Under the pieces are notes generated by a model. That model was not told where the DNA came from, searched no databases, and saw only the letters and a list, made by a program, of their open reading frames with translations. From positions 3,596,001 through 3,660,000 of the forward strand of contig OZ251224.1 of NCBI GenBank assembly GCA_965240325.2: a stretch of 64,000 nt of DNA, given 5' to 3'. The position numbers and the translations under genes are program-made. Within the stretch, counting starts at the first letter, position 1, and each line of letters starts with the position of its first letter. This DNA is from Rebecca billardiae RCC1528 (lineage: Eukaryota; Protista; Haptophyta). Below are positions 53,514 to 64,000 of the stretch, piece by piece.

Positions 53514-55554
53514 ATGGCGGCCGCGGCCAGGGACGACACGAGCGACGGCGAGGAAATGGCATCATCAGAGTGCCGGCGGCTGCTGCGCCGATGGCGGTCG
53601 GTGCTACATGCCAAGCGAGTACGTCAGGCACAAGCTTACCTGGCACGGCGCCACGTGGTCATCGTTGAGCTTAATCGCGCCCTCGACGCATGGAACGACT
53701 CCACGCTCCCCACACTGGCAACGCGGAGCCGCACTGAGCCCCGCCGCCGGCTCCTCTTCACCCCGCCGGCAGGTGTTCGGCGGAGAGGCATAGTTTCGGC
53801 TCGCACCACAGGTGGCCGGCGCCACGCAGCGCGCGCGCGCAGCCTCGAGCTGCGCGCTTGTCGTGCGGCGATCGACAGATGGCGCGCTCGCGCGGTCAAG
53901 GCGCATGCCACGCTGCCGCTCGAGTACGTGCTCGACCGGCGCGCCTCGTCGAGCGCGAAGAGCTCGCCCGCACCGGCGAGAGCGCGACAGACGCCGCCAG
54001 GCTCGGGCCGCTCGAGCACCGGTCAGCACAGGCGGCTCTCACCGGTCGCCGCGCTTGCGTTGCGTGCGCTTGCGCGCGCAATCGATCTCGCCTGCCGGGG
54101 CGCCGCCGGTGGCGATGGTCCGGCCGATCGGTCAGCACGAGGACGCGCGGCTGCGGCCGGCGCTCCTTCGTCTGTACGAATTCGCACAGTCCGGGCGGCG
54201 CGCGGCGCGCCACGCCGCGCTCGCGCGCCACGCGCACACCGCGCGTGCGCTCGCACGCGCGTGCGGCCGGTGGGTGCTTTGCTGCTGGCTCAAGGAACGG
54301 GCGCGTGCACGTTACGAGTGGCTCAGCGGCGTGGCGCGGCGCGAGCGCGAGCGCGCGGAGGCGAGGGCAAGCCGCGCGTGCTTCCGCGCGATGCACGCCG
54401 CCTGCGTCTCGTGCCTCGCCCGCCGCCGGCTCGACAGCAGGCGCGAGCGCGCGCAGCTCAGGCGGCCACGCACGTTTGCAGCCGCGGCCGCAGCCCTTGA
54501 CGCGTGGCGGCGCGCGGCCAGCCTGCGCTCGGCGCGGGTGCGCGCAGCGTGGCAGGCGCGGACGCGGCTTGCGCGCGCGCTTGCTCGACTTCGTACGGCT
54601 TGCTCGCACGCGGGCCGCCAACGCCGTCTCGAGCACGCGCTCATGCTCCGCAGCCAGCGCGCGGCGCGCGCGCTCGCCCCGGCGCGGCATGCGGTCCAGG
54701 CCCTGCGCGCGCGCGCGGCGGCGCGCGCGGCGGCGCGCGCGGCGGGCGCGGTGGCTTCGCGTACGCGCGCACGAGCGGGCGCCCAGCAGCTGCTCGTGAC
54801 GGTGTTTGTGTCCTGGTTGGCACACACCAGCGCGATCGGCGCTTGTATGCTCGCTCTCGCGCGCTCGGCGCGCCGCCTGCATGTGGCGCGTGCCGCCAGG
54901 CGCACGCTACTCGTGCTGCGCGCGCGGACGCGCGCGCGCGGCGTGCGCGCTCGTGCGGGGCGCGTGGCGGCGGCAACGCACCTCCGCGGTGTTGTACGCA
55001 TGCTCCGCGCGCGCTCGACCCAAGCGAGCACCACGCAGCCCGCGCGCCCCCTCCCACTTGGCCTCGCCGCCGTGTGTCACACAGCTGAGCACCGCTGGCG
55101 GAGGTGGCGGCGCGAGGCACGTCGGCTGCGGTCCGCGCGCCGCGCCCTCAGCGTGCTCGTGGCGCGGGCGAGCGAGGGCGCGACGCCCGTGCGGCTCGGC
55201 GTCGCCCTTGAGCGGTGGCGCGTTGCGCTCGCGCTTCTCTCCGCCGCGGGGCGCGAGCCGACCCTCCGCGGCGCCGCGCTGCTCGGCGCTCACCTGGGCC
55301 GCACTGTCGAGGCCAGTGGCCGCGTCGCTGCCCGGCGCTCACTGCACCGCTGGGCGGCGAGCGCGGCCGTGCTGGGCGCGGAGGCGCGCGCGCTGGCTCT
55401 CACGCGCGCGCACGAGGCGGAGCTCGCGCGCGTCAAGGCGGATCACGCGCGTGCGCTCGAGGAGGCCGAAGCCGGCTGGCGGAGCGCGCTCGAGCGCGTG
55501 GCCGAGCACGCCGCCGCCGCGCGCGAAACGGACAGTGTCAGTGATGCTGCGTGA
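53514..55554 (+). CDS. Arg/Ala-rich protein with spaced-Trp repeats (Sfi1-like); exon structure unresolved
   Basis: Repeated LRRW / ALDAW / LHRW motifs in two overlapping frames (53514.. and ..55554). Confidence 0.4.
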
Positions 55555-55704
55555 GTGACTTCACATCGATGACGTATTATTACCGTATTGACGATTGATT
55601 GACGACGTGACTCAGTCGTCTGCGCGCGTGCAGCACTCGCGTATCGGAATAATCGCGCGCTAGCAGCCCGGTATAGGTGGCCCGTGCGCCGGCTCCTGCT
55701 CCTG

Positions 55705-57380
55705 TCATCGGCCCCGGCGACGAAGCCACTCGAAGGCGTGCATCACATCACCATCCAGGCCCACGGTACAGTAGCTGCCTGCAGCGCCTGCTTTGAGACT
55801 GTAGCTCTCTTGTCCCGCTGCTGCATCATCAGGAGCCATGTCTACCTTGGGCTCGAGCGAGCCTGCCACGAGGGGACTCTCGCACAGCGCCTGCGGCACG
55901 AGGCCATCGAGGTCAGGCTCCTGGGCAGCGTCGTGCCCTTGGCCGGCGCCGGCGCCGCGCGCGCACTGGCGTGCGGTAAGGTACAAGGTGTACCCTCGCA
56001 CGTCGGTGCGCAGCGCCAGGGGGCACGCGTCTTCGTCGTGGTGCGCTCCGTCGCCTTCAGGGGCTGCCCCGGGCTCGGCCACGGCCTCCGCGGTGGCCTC
56101 AGCAGTGCGCGCGCCGCGCGGCGGCGGATGGAGGATGTCGTAGCCCCACGTCGGCATGCCGGCGCAGTCGCGCTCTAGGCGCGCGTTGAGCGCACGCAGA
56201 CGCGCCAGGTCTGCGGCCACCGCGTCGACAGGCTCCGCTGCGAGGTCCGCGGCGAAGCTCGCCACGCCGTGGGCGTAGAGCGCAGTGTCCACGGCACTCA
56301 CCGCGGCAGCGCGTGCGCGCTGCTCAGCGGTGAACCGCACGCGCTCCGCTGCGCCCGAATGGTCCTTCATGCGCAGGCTCGCGAGCTCCTCCAGCGCCAG
56401 CGCCCCCCCGAGCCGCCGCCGGAGGACCACCAGGCCCTCGTCCAGACGCTCCGTAAGCAGCACGAGGTCAAATGCGCCGACCGTGGCGCGCGCCCACTCG
56501 TCCACTGCTCGTGCGTCGCCGTCGCGTGCCGTGGACGCGCCGGCGCCGCCGCAATCCGGGTGCACGCCCCCGGCGCGCGCGTACCAGCCCAGGTCGTGCG
56601 CCTGCACATTGCGCGCCGCGACGGCCGCCCGTGTGTCCACGCACTCAAGGCCCGCCACCCAGTCCAGGTAGCTGTCCACCGTTGCGTGCGCGGCGCGCAG
56701 GCGAGGGTACCAGTTGTAGGTTGACTCGGCCTGTCGCCCGGGCTCGCGGAGAACGGTTAGCGTGAAGGGCGCACGTGGCACATGCGGCGCGGCGCCCGGT
56801 ATCAGAGCACGCGGCACCGCGCCTTCGCGGCTGCGGAGGAAAGCCGCCATCGCGCGTGCGTCATAGACCGCGTGATGGGCGATGATGTCAAACCGCGCGC
56901 GGCCGGGCCCAGTGGCGCGCGCATCGGCGTCAGCGGCCCAGGCGGTCCAGACCGCGCCGGGAAAGCTCCCAGGATAGTTGAAGTGCGAGCCGGCGTCCGG
57001 CGCGACCATCACGGAGAGGTTGCGCCAGTCGGCCGCGCGGAGGAGCAAGGTTGCCACGGTAGAGGAAGCAGTCTTATGCGTCTTGGAGAACAGCATGGGG
57101 GGAAGTGGCGGCGCCTGGTGGAGGAGGTCGGCGCGCTCGGTGTCGTTCAAGAGGAAGCCCTGCACGCCGCCGAGGGGGCCTGGGTCGGCCCACGCAACGG
57201 CGGCGGCGGCAGCGCCGCGGTCGGACGCCACACGAGGCCCGCGTGCGAGCGCCACGTCCATGGCATCCGATGGGGTGGCGGTGGGACAGGTGGCACTGAT
57301 GGGAGCAGAGTCCTCGCGACGGTGAAGAAGCAGAGCGCCAGTGAAGAAGCAGAGCGCGACGGTGAAGAAGCAGAGCGCCA
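55705..57380 (-). CDS. galactose-3-O-sulfotransferase family protein; start uncertain
   Basis: FSKTHKTASSTV, TVLREP, FDLVLLTERLDEGLVVLRR and DTALY. Confidence 0.85.
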
Positions 57381-57485
57381 CTCCACGTGCGCGATCAGCA
57401 CCACACCCTAATTCCGAATTGCGGCTCTGGCAGGGGAAGGAGAGGAGGCCCTCGCCTGTAGCGGAGTACCGTATGGGGGTAGTAC

Positions 57486-57720
57486 TGGCGTCAATCACGC
57501 CTTAACCACGCAAGTTAAAATTCCCCTTTATAACGGGCTCCGGGTGATCAGGCTGGCGGCCGAAGCCTCCAGCCCTACCCTGGCCAGCCCCCAACCAACC
57601 ACCACCCTCACCCAACCTCAAACCACTGACCGAGACAAGCATGTGCACGTTCAAACATGTATACATAGTAAACTTTTGTACCTCTAGATTTGTACCGTAC
57701 GGGGCTGGCCAGGGTAGGGC
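57486..57720 (-). mobile_element. short Helentron-like non-autonomous element or mosaic repeat
   Basis: 20-bp asymmetric inverted repeat 57572-57591 / 57701-57720; adjacent GGCTGGAGGC-TTCG-GCCGCCAGCC hairpin; parts repeated at 44745 and 28055. Confidence 0.55.
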
Positions 57721-57879
57721 GTATGGCATTGTCATGCTCGACCGCCGCAATTCGGATTGCCTTGTCTTCGAGTCTCGCGTTGATTCATGAGCACACAATG
57801 GGGCGGCCGCTTGAGCTGAGTGCACTCGAGCGAAAACGTGCCAGGCGAGGACCCCCTCGCAGTGGTGCTAATCTGCCGC

Positions 57880-58800
57880 CCTGACCGTGAGGGCACCGTG
57901 CCCTAGAGTCTGGAGGGCACCGTGCCCTCGTGGGGCTCTCGATGAGTTCGAGTGGTGGACGGGGGTGCATCGGGTGCTAGTGACGGTACGATGGGCCGCG
58001 ACGAGCCCGCCATCACCCAATGATCTCGTGCGGTGCCAGCTCGCCCTCCTCCTCCTCGTCACTCGCACTGGCACCACGTCGCGCGCGCGCGCGCATGGCT
58101 TGCCTTGCGCGCGCTGTGTTCACGCGCAGTCTGCTTGGCAGCAGGGCGGCCGTGGCTGGTGGTTGCGGTCGCGGATGATTGGAGTGTGTGCAGCTGCGCT
58201 ACATCCGCACGCGACCCGCCCGTCCTCTTCGAGCGCTGGAGAGACACGCGTGTCGCGCATGCACTCGAGTGGAAGCAGGAGAGCGGCACGCGAGCTTGGC
58301 TGCGCGCGCACGACAAGGTGCGCCAACACACAGCTCCTCCCGTCATGAGCACCAGCTACGCACGCACCCCTTCCGCGCTGCCTGACCTGCGAGGCCGCCG
58401 CGGTGCGGACACTGCGTGAGACACCCACGGTCAGCGGCCACGGCTGACACGGTCGCGTGCTGCACAGCAATCTGGCTCAAAGCATACTCTCGCGAGCAAT
58501 GGCCACATCGACCGGCTAGCCATGTCAGTCCGATCAGCGATGGCGCGACATCGCTGCTGCCTGCCGGTGCCCCCCCCTCCCGCAATGCCGCCCTTGTTCC
58601 TCTTCGGAACGGCGGGCTTGATCGCTCCGCGCGCCGCTCACGGCCGCGCTCGAGCTCGCGCTCGCTGCATCGGCGGCACCACCGCCCGTGGTCGTGCTCT
58701 CTGTCACCACCGCCGTGGTGGCGGACCGGCATGATGAGCGAAGTGCAGTCGAGCGACCTGGCGGCGCAGCTGCTGTGTTTCTACGGACACCGACGCCCGC
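57880..58800 (+). pseudogene. decayed sequence, possibly an ankyrin-like repeat remnant
   Basis: Scattered ALEW..ESG, AWLRAHD and IWLKAY fragments; no intact ORF. Confidence 0.2.
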
Positions 58801-58988
58801 CACCATGATGACGATGGCCGATAATGATGATGATCGTCCTCGCCGACCTCGCCGCGCGGCACCAATAAGGCCTGTCGTCGCCAGCGCATTATCAGACTCA
58901 GAGTCAGTAGCTACGCGAATATCGATTATCGGACACTGCCGTCACCGTGACACTGCTATACAATGCTGAAGCTACTGATGTGATATAC

Positions 58989-59088
<100 letters not shown>

Positions 59089-59688
59089 TCTTTAGGGCGT
59101 ATCAAAATTATACTCAGCAGCAAATAATTTCAGACAGCTAGCTAACTAGTCCCGGGGCACGCTGGTTCCGTAGTATGTATGTGTGTGCGTGTGTGATGTG
59201 TGTATATATACACGGATTTTCGTGCCGCCAATTAATAACGACTACGAATGACTACGAGTACGGAGTAGACGCGACCAGTTGAGTTGATGAGTCGATTGAC
59301 GAATAAACTTCTGCTGCTCATTCTCACGGACACGACGGCGGACGACCGTCTCAGGGCGTCTCCCGTGTAAGTGTAGCTTAGTAGGATTCACTCCTGGGCC
59401 ACTCCGAGCCCGGCCCCGAGTACGGTCTACGGAGCAGGCTGCTCTGAGATGAGCAGCGGCTATTATAGATAGCGCAGCGCAGAAAAAATACTGCTGTAGT
59501 ACACATGCAATACACACAGTGCGCCGGCCGGAGGTGGAGTTTGGCGAAGCCTTCAACGAGGTAAGAACTAAGATACAAAGCGGTGGCGAGCCGGAGCAGA
59601 TGCAGCTGTGCCGTAGACGGAGCCACCGTCGCTGCCCGTCGCTGCACCGGATCAAAGCCCGGACGTCGGCGCGCCTCCAGCATGCGCC

Positions 59689-61559
59689 TCATGCACCCAA
59701 CTTGAGGCCACCTTCGGGGCGCGACGCGCGCGCTGCCCACGCGTCCTTGATGAGCGCGGCGGACGACGCCGAGAGCATGTTGCCCCTGCAACCGCCACAC
59801 GCCGAACGGCAGGGGAGGGGCGCGTCGGCGGCGCGAACAATCTCATCAGTGGGCGAGCGCAGCGCGCGGCCGCGCGGGCAGCTCGGCCGCGTGCAGCACG
59901 CGCCAGACGCGGTGGCGCGCACCCGAGCTGCAGCGACGAGAGCTCCGAGTTGGCCTCCAGCGCCTCGGCGAGCGCGGCGCCGCTGCGCATGCCGAGCCGC
60001 GGGCACAGCAGGACGAGGCCCTTGAGCGACGCGTTCTCCTGGAGGCCCTCTGCGATGGCGACGACGCCCTGGTCGGAGATCGAGTTGTTGCGCAGGCTGA
60101 GCTCGACGAGCGAGCGGTTCCGCTTCAGCGCGGCGCCGAGCGCGACGGCCGCCGCGTTGGCGATCTTCTGCCCCATCAGGTCGAGAGTCGCCAGCTTGGT
60201 CGGGCGCGTCGCCAGCGTGTGCGCGAGCGCGACCACGGACGTGTCGCTCAGCGCGTTGCCGCCGAGGTGGAGGTGCTCGAGCGTCCGGTTGGTGGCGAGG
60301 TCGTGCGCGATCAGCAGCACGTCCGCGTCCACCGCGCACGTGAACACCTTGGTCGTCGTGCCCGAGATGTCGGCGAGCTCGATCGGCGTGGCGCCACACG
60401 CCGTGCCCGCGCTGCGCGCGAGCGTGCACGCCGCGTCGACCGAGAGCTTGTTGTGCACGAGGCTGAGCTTGCGCAGCGCGCGGTCGGCCGGCCCGTCGCG
60501 CAGCGCGCGGGCGAGCGCGTGGCCGCCCGCCATGCCGATCAGGTTGTGCGACAGGTGCAGCGCGTCCAGGCCGCCGCCCTGCTGCAGCACGTGCGCGAGC
60601 GTGCACGCGCCGCCGTCGCCGATGCGGTTCCGCCGCAGGTTGAGTGTGCGAAGCTCGCGGCCGCCGACGCCGAGCGCGCGCGAGAGCGTGCGCATCGCGT
60701 CGTCGCCGAGGCTGTTGTGCGACAGGTCGAGCGTGTGCAGGCCCTTGCACTTCACCAGCGCGCGCGCGAGCTCGGCCGCGCGCGACACGCCGCAGCCCTG
60801 CAGCGAGATCGACTCCAGCGCGGGCGCGGCGGCCATGGCGATCGCGAGCGGGCGCAGGTGCTCGCGGTCGAGCGGGCCCACCTCGGTGAGCGCGACGTGC
60901 TTGATCGTCGGGTGGAGTGTGAGCAAGACGCCGATGCCGGCGGCCGTCTCCGCCGACAGCGGCCGCCGGTCCACGGTGAGCACGACGTCGCCATCTGCGG
61001 CGGCGGCGAGCGGCTCGTCGTCGGTGCTGCTCAGCGATGAGCACGTGCGCGCGAGCGATGGCGGCGCGGCTCCTGCGGCGATCTCGACGACGGAGAGCTG
61101 CGCGACGCACTTGAGAGTCTCGACGTGCTCCTCGAGCACGGCGGCGTGCTCTCGCCGCGCGTGCTCGAGCGACTCTGCCTGCGTCTGTGCGACCAGCGTC
61201 AGCGCGAGGTACTCGGGCGACCATGCTGCCGCCGCCGCTGCGTGGCTGTCCACCGGGAGCGCGGCTGGCAGCTTGAGCGAGGGCAGCTCGGTGGCGGAGG
61301 TGCACGCGGGCACGCACGCCGGTGAGAACATCGGCGTCGGCGGGGCTGGCTCCGGCGAGGCCAGCAGGGCGCGCGCCACCTCGAGCCCTTGCTCAAGCTC
61401 AGCGAGCCGACTCGACTGCCGGTGGGCGACGAGGGAGAAGACGAGCCCGTCGACCGGGCTGCGCGTCACGCAGGGTCGCGCACGCATCTGCGCACCCCCG
61501 CGCGGCGGCGAGGCGGGCGATTCGCCCGCAGTGGCCTGAATCGTCGCCGCCCTCGACAT
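59689..61559 (-). CDS. leucine-rich repeat protein (ribonuclease-inhibitor-like, NLRC3-type LRRs); intron 59786-59922
   Basis: Repeats LHTLDLSHNSLGDDA, LRTLNLRRNRIGDGG and LVELSLRNNSISDQG; the intron joins LQLG to GNMLS. Confidence 0.88.
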
Positions 61560-61760
61560 GACGCGCGTCGACCGGCACGCTGGATGCGCGTGCCGTTTGG
61601 TGTCGTGGGCAGTCGTGGGAATCTACGCTCGCACGTGCGCACCGGTCGCTTGGAAGCCCGGCCTCCTTCCCAACCCGCCTTCTCATCTCCGGGACGGCGC
61701 CTCCTGAAACGGTACTGTGCGACTACCGACTTGTTACTTATTGTAAGCATTCGATGACGA

Positions 61761-63068
61761 ATGGCGGACGAACGGCGACGTGCGTTCGTCCTCAGAGACG
61801 AGGCGCCCGCAGTCGTCTACCTCAATGCCGCGAGTCGCACGCCCCTCCTTCGCAGCGCACACGAGGCCGGCGTCCGGGCGGTCGGGGCGAAGCTCCTACC
61901 CTGGCACATCGACGGCTACAAACACGAGCACGAGGACACGCGACAGCTGTTCGGTCGGCTCGTCGGCGCCGAGCGCGGCAATGTGGCGCTCACGCCGTCG
62001 TGCTCCTACGGCATCACGCTCGCGGCGCGCTGCCTCCATCGCGCGGGGCGCGTGCCCTCGGGATCCGACATCCTCGTGCTCGAGGACCAGATGTCGTCCA
62101 ACGTGTACCCGTGGCAGCGACTCGCCCGCGACGCGGGAGCGACGCTGCGCGTCGTGCGCCGGCCCGCCGACGGCGACTGGACGCGCGCGGTGTGCGCGCA
62201 GGTGGGCCCGCGGCTCAGCGTTGCCGCGCTGCCCAACGTGCACTGGTGTGACGGCTCTTTCCTCGACCTGCCCACGGTCGGAGCCGCGTGCCGCGCCGCG
62301 CGCGGCGCCCTGGTCGTCGACGCGACGCAGTCCCTCGGTGCACTCGCATTCGACCAGGCCGTAACGCGCGCAGACTTTGTGATGGCGAGCGCACACAAGT
62401 GGCTGCTCGGTCCGTACGGCGTGTGCCCCGTCTACGTCGCGCCCGAGTGGCAGCGCGCCGGCCTACCCCTCGAGGAGCACGAGCACTCACGGCTCGCGCC
62501 GGGCGCCGGGCGCGACCTGCCGTTCCGCGTGCCCATGCGCGCCGGCCAGCTGCCATACGCGGAGGCGTTCGTGGCAGGCGCGGGCCGGATGGACAGCGGC
62601 GGGCGCCCCAACCCGATCCTGCTGCCGATGCTCAACGCCGGCCTGCGGCAGGTGCTCGAGTGGACTCCGGCGGCCATCCACGCGCACTCGGCGTCGCTGA
62701 GCGCGCGGCTCGCCGCGTGGGCGCGGCAGACCACAGGCTGGGAGGTGCCACGCCCAGCGCAGCACTTTGTCGGCGTGCGACCCCGCCGCTCCAGCCACGC
62801 CAGCGGCGAGCACGATCCGCGCGCCTGGGACTGGGCCGAACGGGTCGAGCGCGCGTGCCGAGCGCGCGGCGTGCACGTCGCCGCACGATTCGGCTGGGTG
62901 CGCGTCGCGCCCCACGTGTACAACGATGAGTCCGATATTGACGCACTCATCGCGGTGCTCGCCGCTGAGGCCGAGCTTGAGGCCGACGCGGAAGCCTACG
63001 CCTACGAGGTCGAGGGCCGTGCTTGCGAAAAGGGCTGCGCGGCCGATCGTCGTCGAGCGAAGCTGTGA
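61761..63068 (+). CDS. class V PLP-dependent aminotransferase (cysteine desulfurase/kynureninase-like)
   Basis: VYLNAAS, VVDATQSLG, SAHKWLLGP (PLP lysine) and RVAPHVYN. Confidence 0.92.
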   Translation: MADERRRAFVLRDEAPAVVYLNAASRTPLLRSAHEAGVRAVGAKLLPWHIDGYKHEHEDTRQLFGRLVGAERGNVALTPSCSYGITLAARCLHRAGRVPSGSDILVLEDQMSSNVYPWQRLARDAGATLRVVRRPADGDWTRAVCAQVGPRLSVAALPNVHWCDGSFLDLPTVGAACRAARGALVVDATQSLGALAFDQAVTRADFVMASAHKWLLGPYGVCPVYVAPEWQRAGLPLEEHEHSRLAPGAGRDLPFRVPMRAGQLPYAEAFVAGAGRMDSGGRPNPILLPMLNAGLRQVLEWTPAAIHAHSASLSARLAAWARQTTGWEVPRPAQHFVGVRPRRSSHASGEHDPRAWDWAERVERACRARGVHVAARFGWVRVAPHVYNDESDIDALIAVLAAEAELEADAEAYAYEVEGRACEKGCAADRRRAKL

Positions 63069-63077
63069 TTATCAGAC

Positions 63078-63756
63078 GATGACGACCGAAAACCGCGCGG
63101 GACACATCCGCGCGCTCTCTCCCTGCGCACCACCACCACGCCGCGCGAGGGCACGTCGCTGCAAGCGCGGCCGCAGCGCCTGCCGGAGGGCCCGGGCGGA
63201 GGGCCCACGCGGCCTGTTGCTGTCGTGGCGGACCGAGACGGATGGCCGGGGAGTCGGGGGTCCCGGCCCGGGCGGCCCTTGCGCGCCCGGGCCCGTGGAG
63301 TGGTACGCGACCACGCCCGCAGACGTGCGAGCTCAGCTCCCGCGCGTCCTCGCGGGCCTCTCGCGCTTTGACGCCGTGGGCCCGGTCGAGCGCTTCGACG
63401 AGCTCTTCTACTGGCTGTCAGAGCGGATGGGACCGCACACGCTCCGCTATGACAAGGACAACGTGCTCAACGCCACGCAGCGGCTCGAGTGGATCGAGCA
63501 GCAGATGAAGGTGGGCTCCAAGTCCAAGGAGCGCCAGTACGCCGAGCAGCTGGCGCAGGGGTACGCCGTCGGGCCGCTGGTGACCGAGCTCACCCAAGCC
63601 CAGCGCCGCGCCGTAGTTGCGTCCGTGCAGGTGGACGCGCAGCTCTATCGCTACGTCCAGGGCATGTGGGAGGCCAAGGTCAGGACCATGCCAGCGACCC
63701 TGCAGGCACGCATGGCCGCGTACGCAGGGCGCATGCGAGAGAGCCGCGCGTACTAG
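63078..63756 (+). CDS. sulfotransferase-like C-terminal fragment or hypothetical protein
   Basis: LSRFDAVGPVERFDE..L and VDAQLY resemble the Gal3ST/HS2ST-type C-terminus; PAPS-binding N-terminal motifs not seen. Confidence 0.45.
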
Positions 63757-64000
63757 CACCAGGATGTTGCGTCAGTCCGCGTGCGCGGCTGTACCCGTGC
63801 GAGGATGACGCGACAATGATTCGTCGTCTTCTTTTTGCTGTCTTTGGGCTGTTACGAATCGTCATCAATGACATTCCGAAACCGCTCGACGACGACGGAG
63901 GAGTGCTCAAAGGTTTTTCGACGCGACTTCATCCATTGTCATCATGACAATGACGATGACGATGAAATCAATCGCGCCGAGGTCGCCGACCGGGCGAACC

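Overview
Very GC-rich, gene-dense eukaryotic nuclear DNA with short GT-AG introns. The intron style and gene set suggest a haptophyte-like alga such as Pavlovales (inference only). About 23 protein-coding genes can be supported. Named genes: VWA8 (3' part), SMU1, NELFCD/TH1, RAE1, ClpP and a DHX57-like helicase. Family-level calls: ATP-grasp, TPR, cytochrome b5-b5 reductase fusion, F-box/RCC1, thioredoxin, TKL kinase, PP2C, choice-of-anchor I (alkaline-phosphatase-associated), rhomboid, EF-hand membrane protein, three sulfotransferase-like genes, Sfi1-like, LRR and class V aminotransferase. Most other ORFs in the track are GC-shadow frames. Non-coding highlights: (1) Two foldback DNA transposons (13645-16628 and 41207-42271) differ in sequence but share GAG(A/G)CCAC termini, 5-bp target-site duplications and the same spacing of subterminal motifs; I cannot assign this combination to a known superfamily. 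(2) An intronic box C/D snoRNA lies in SMU1, with a guide matching the snR64/SNORD74 site of LSU rRNA. (3) A TE island at 44.6-50.3 kb holds a 9-bp-TSD Mutator-like element and a Ulp1-protease-like remnant. (4) Helentron-like and MITE-like dispersed repeats and a 77-bp tandem array with a variable 9-nt window are also present.
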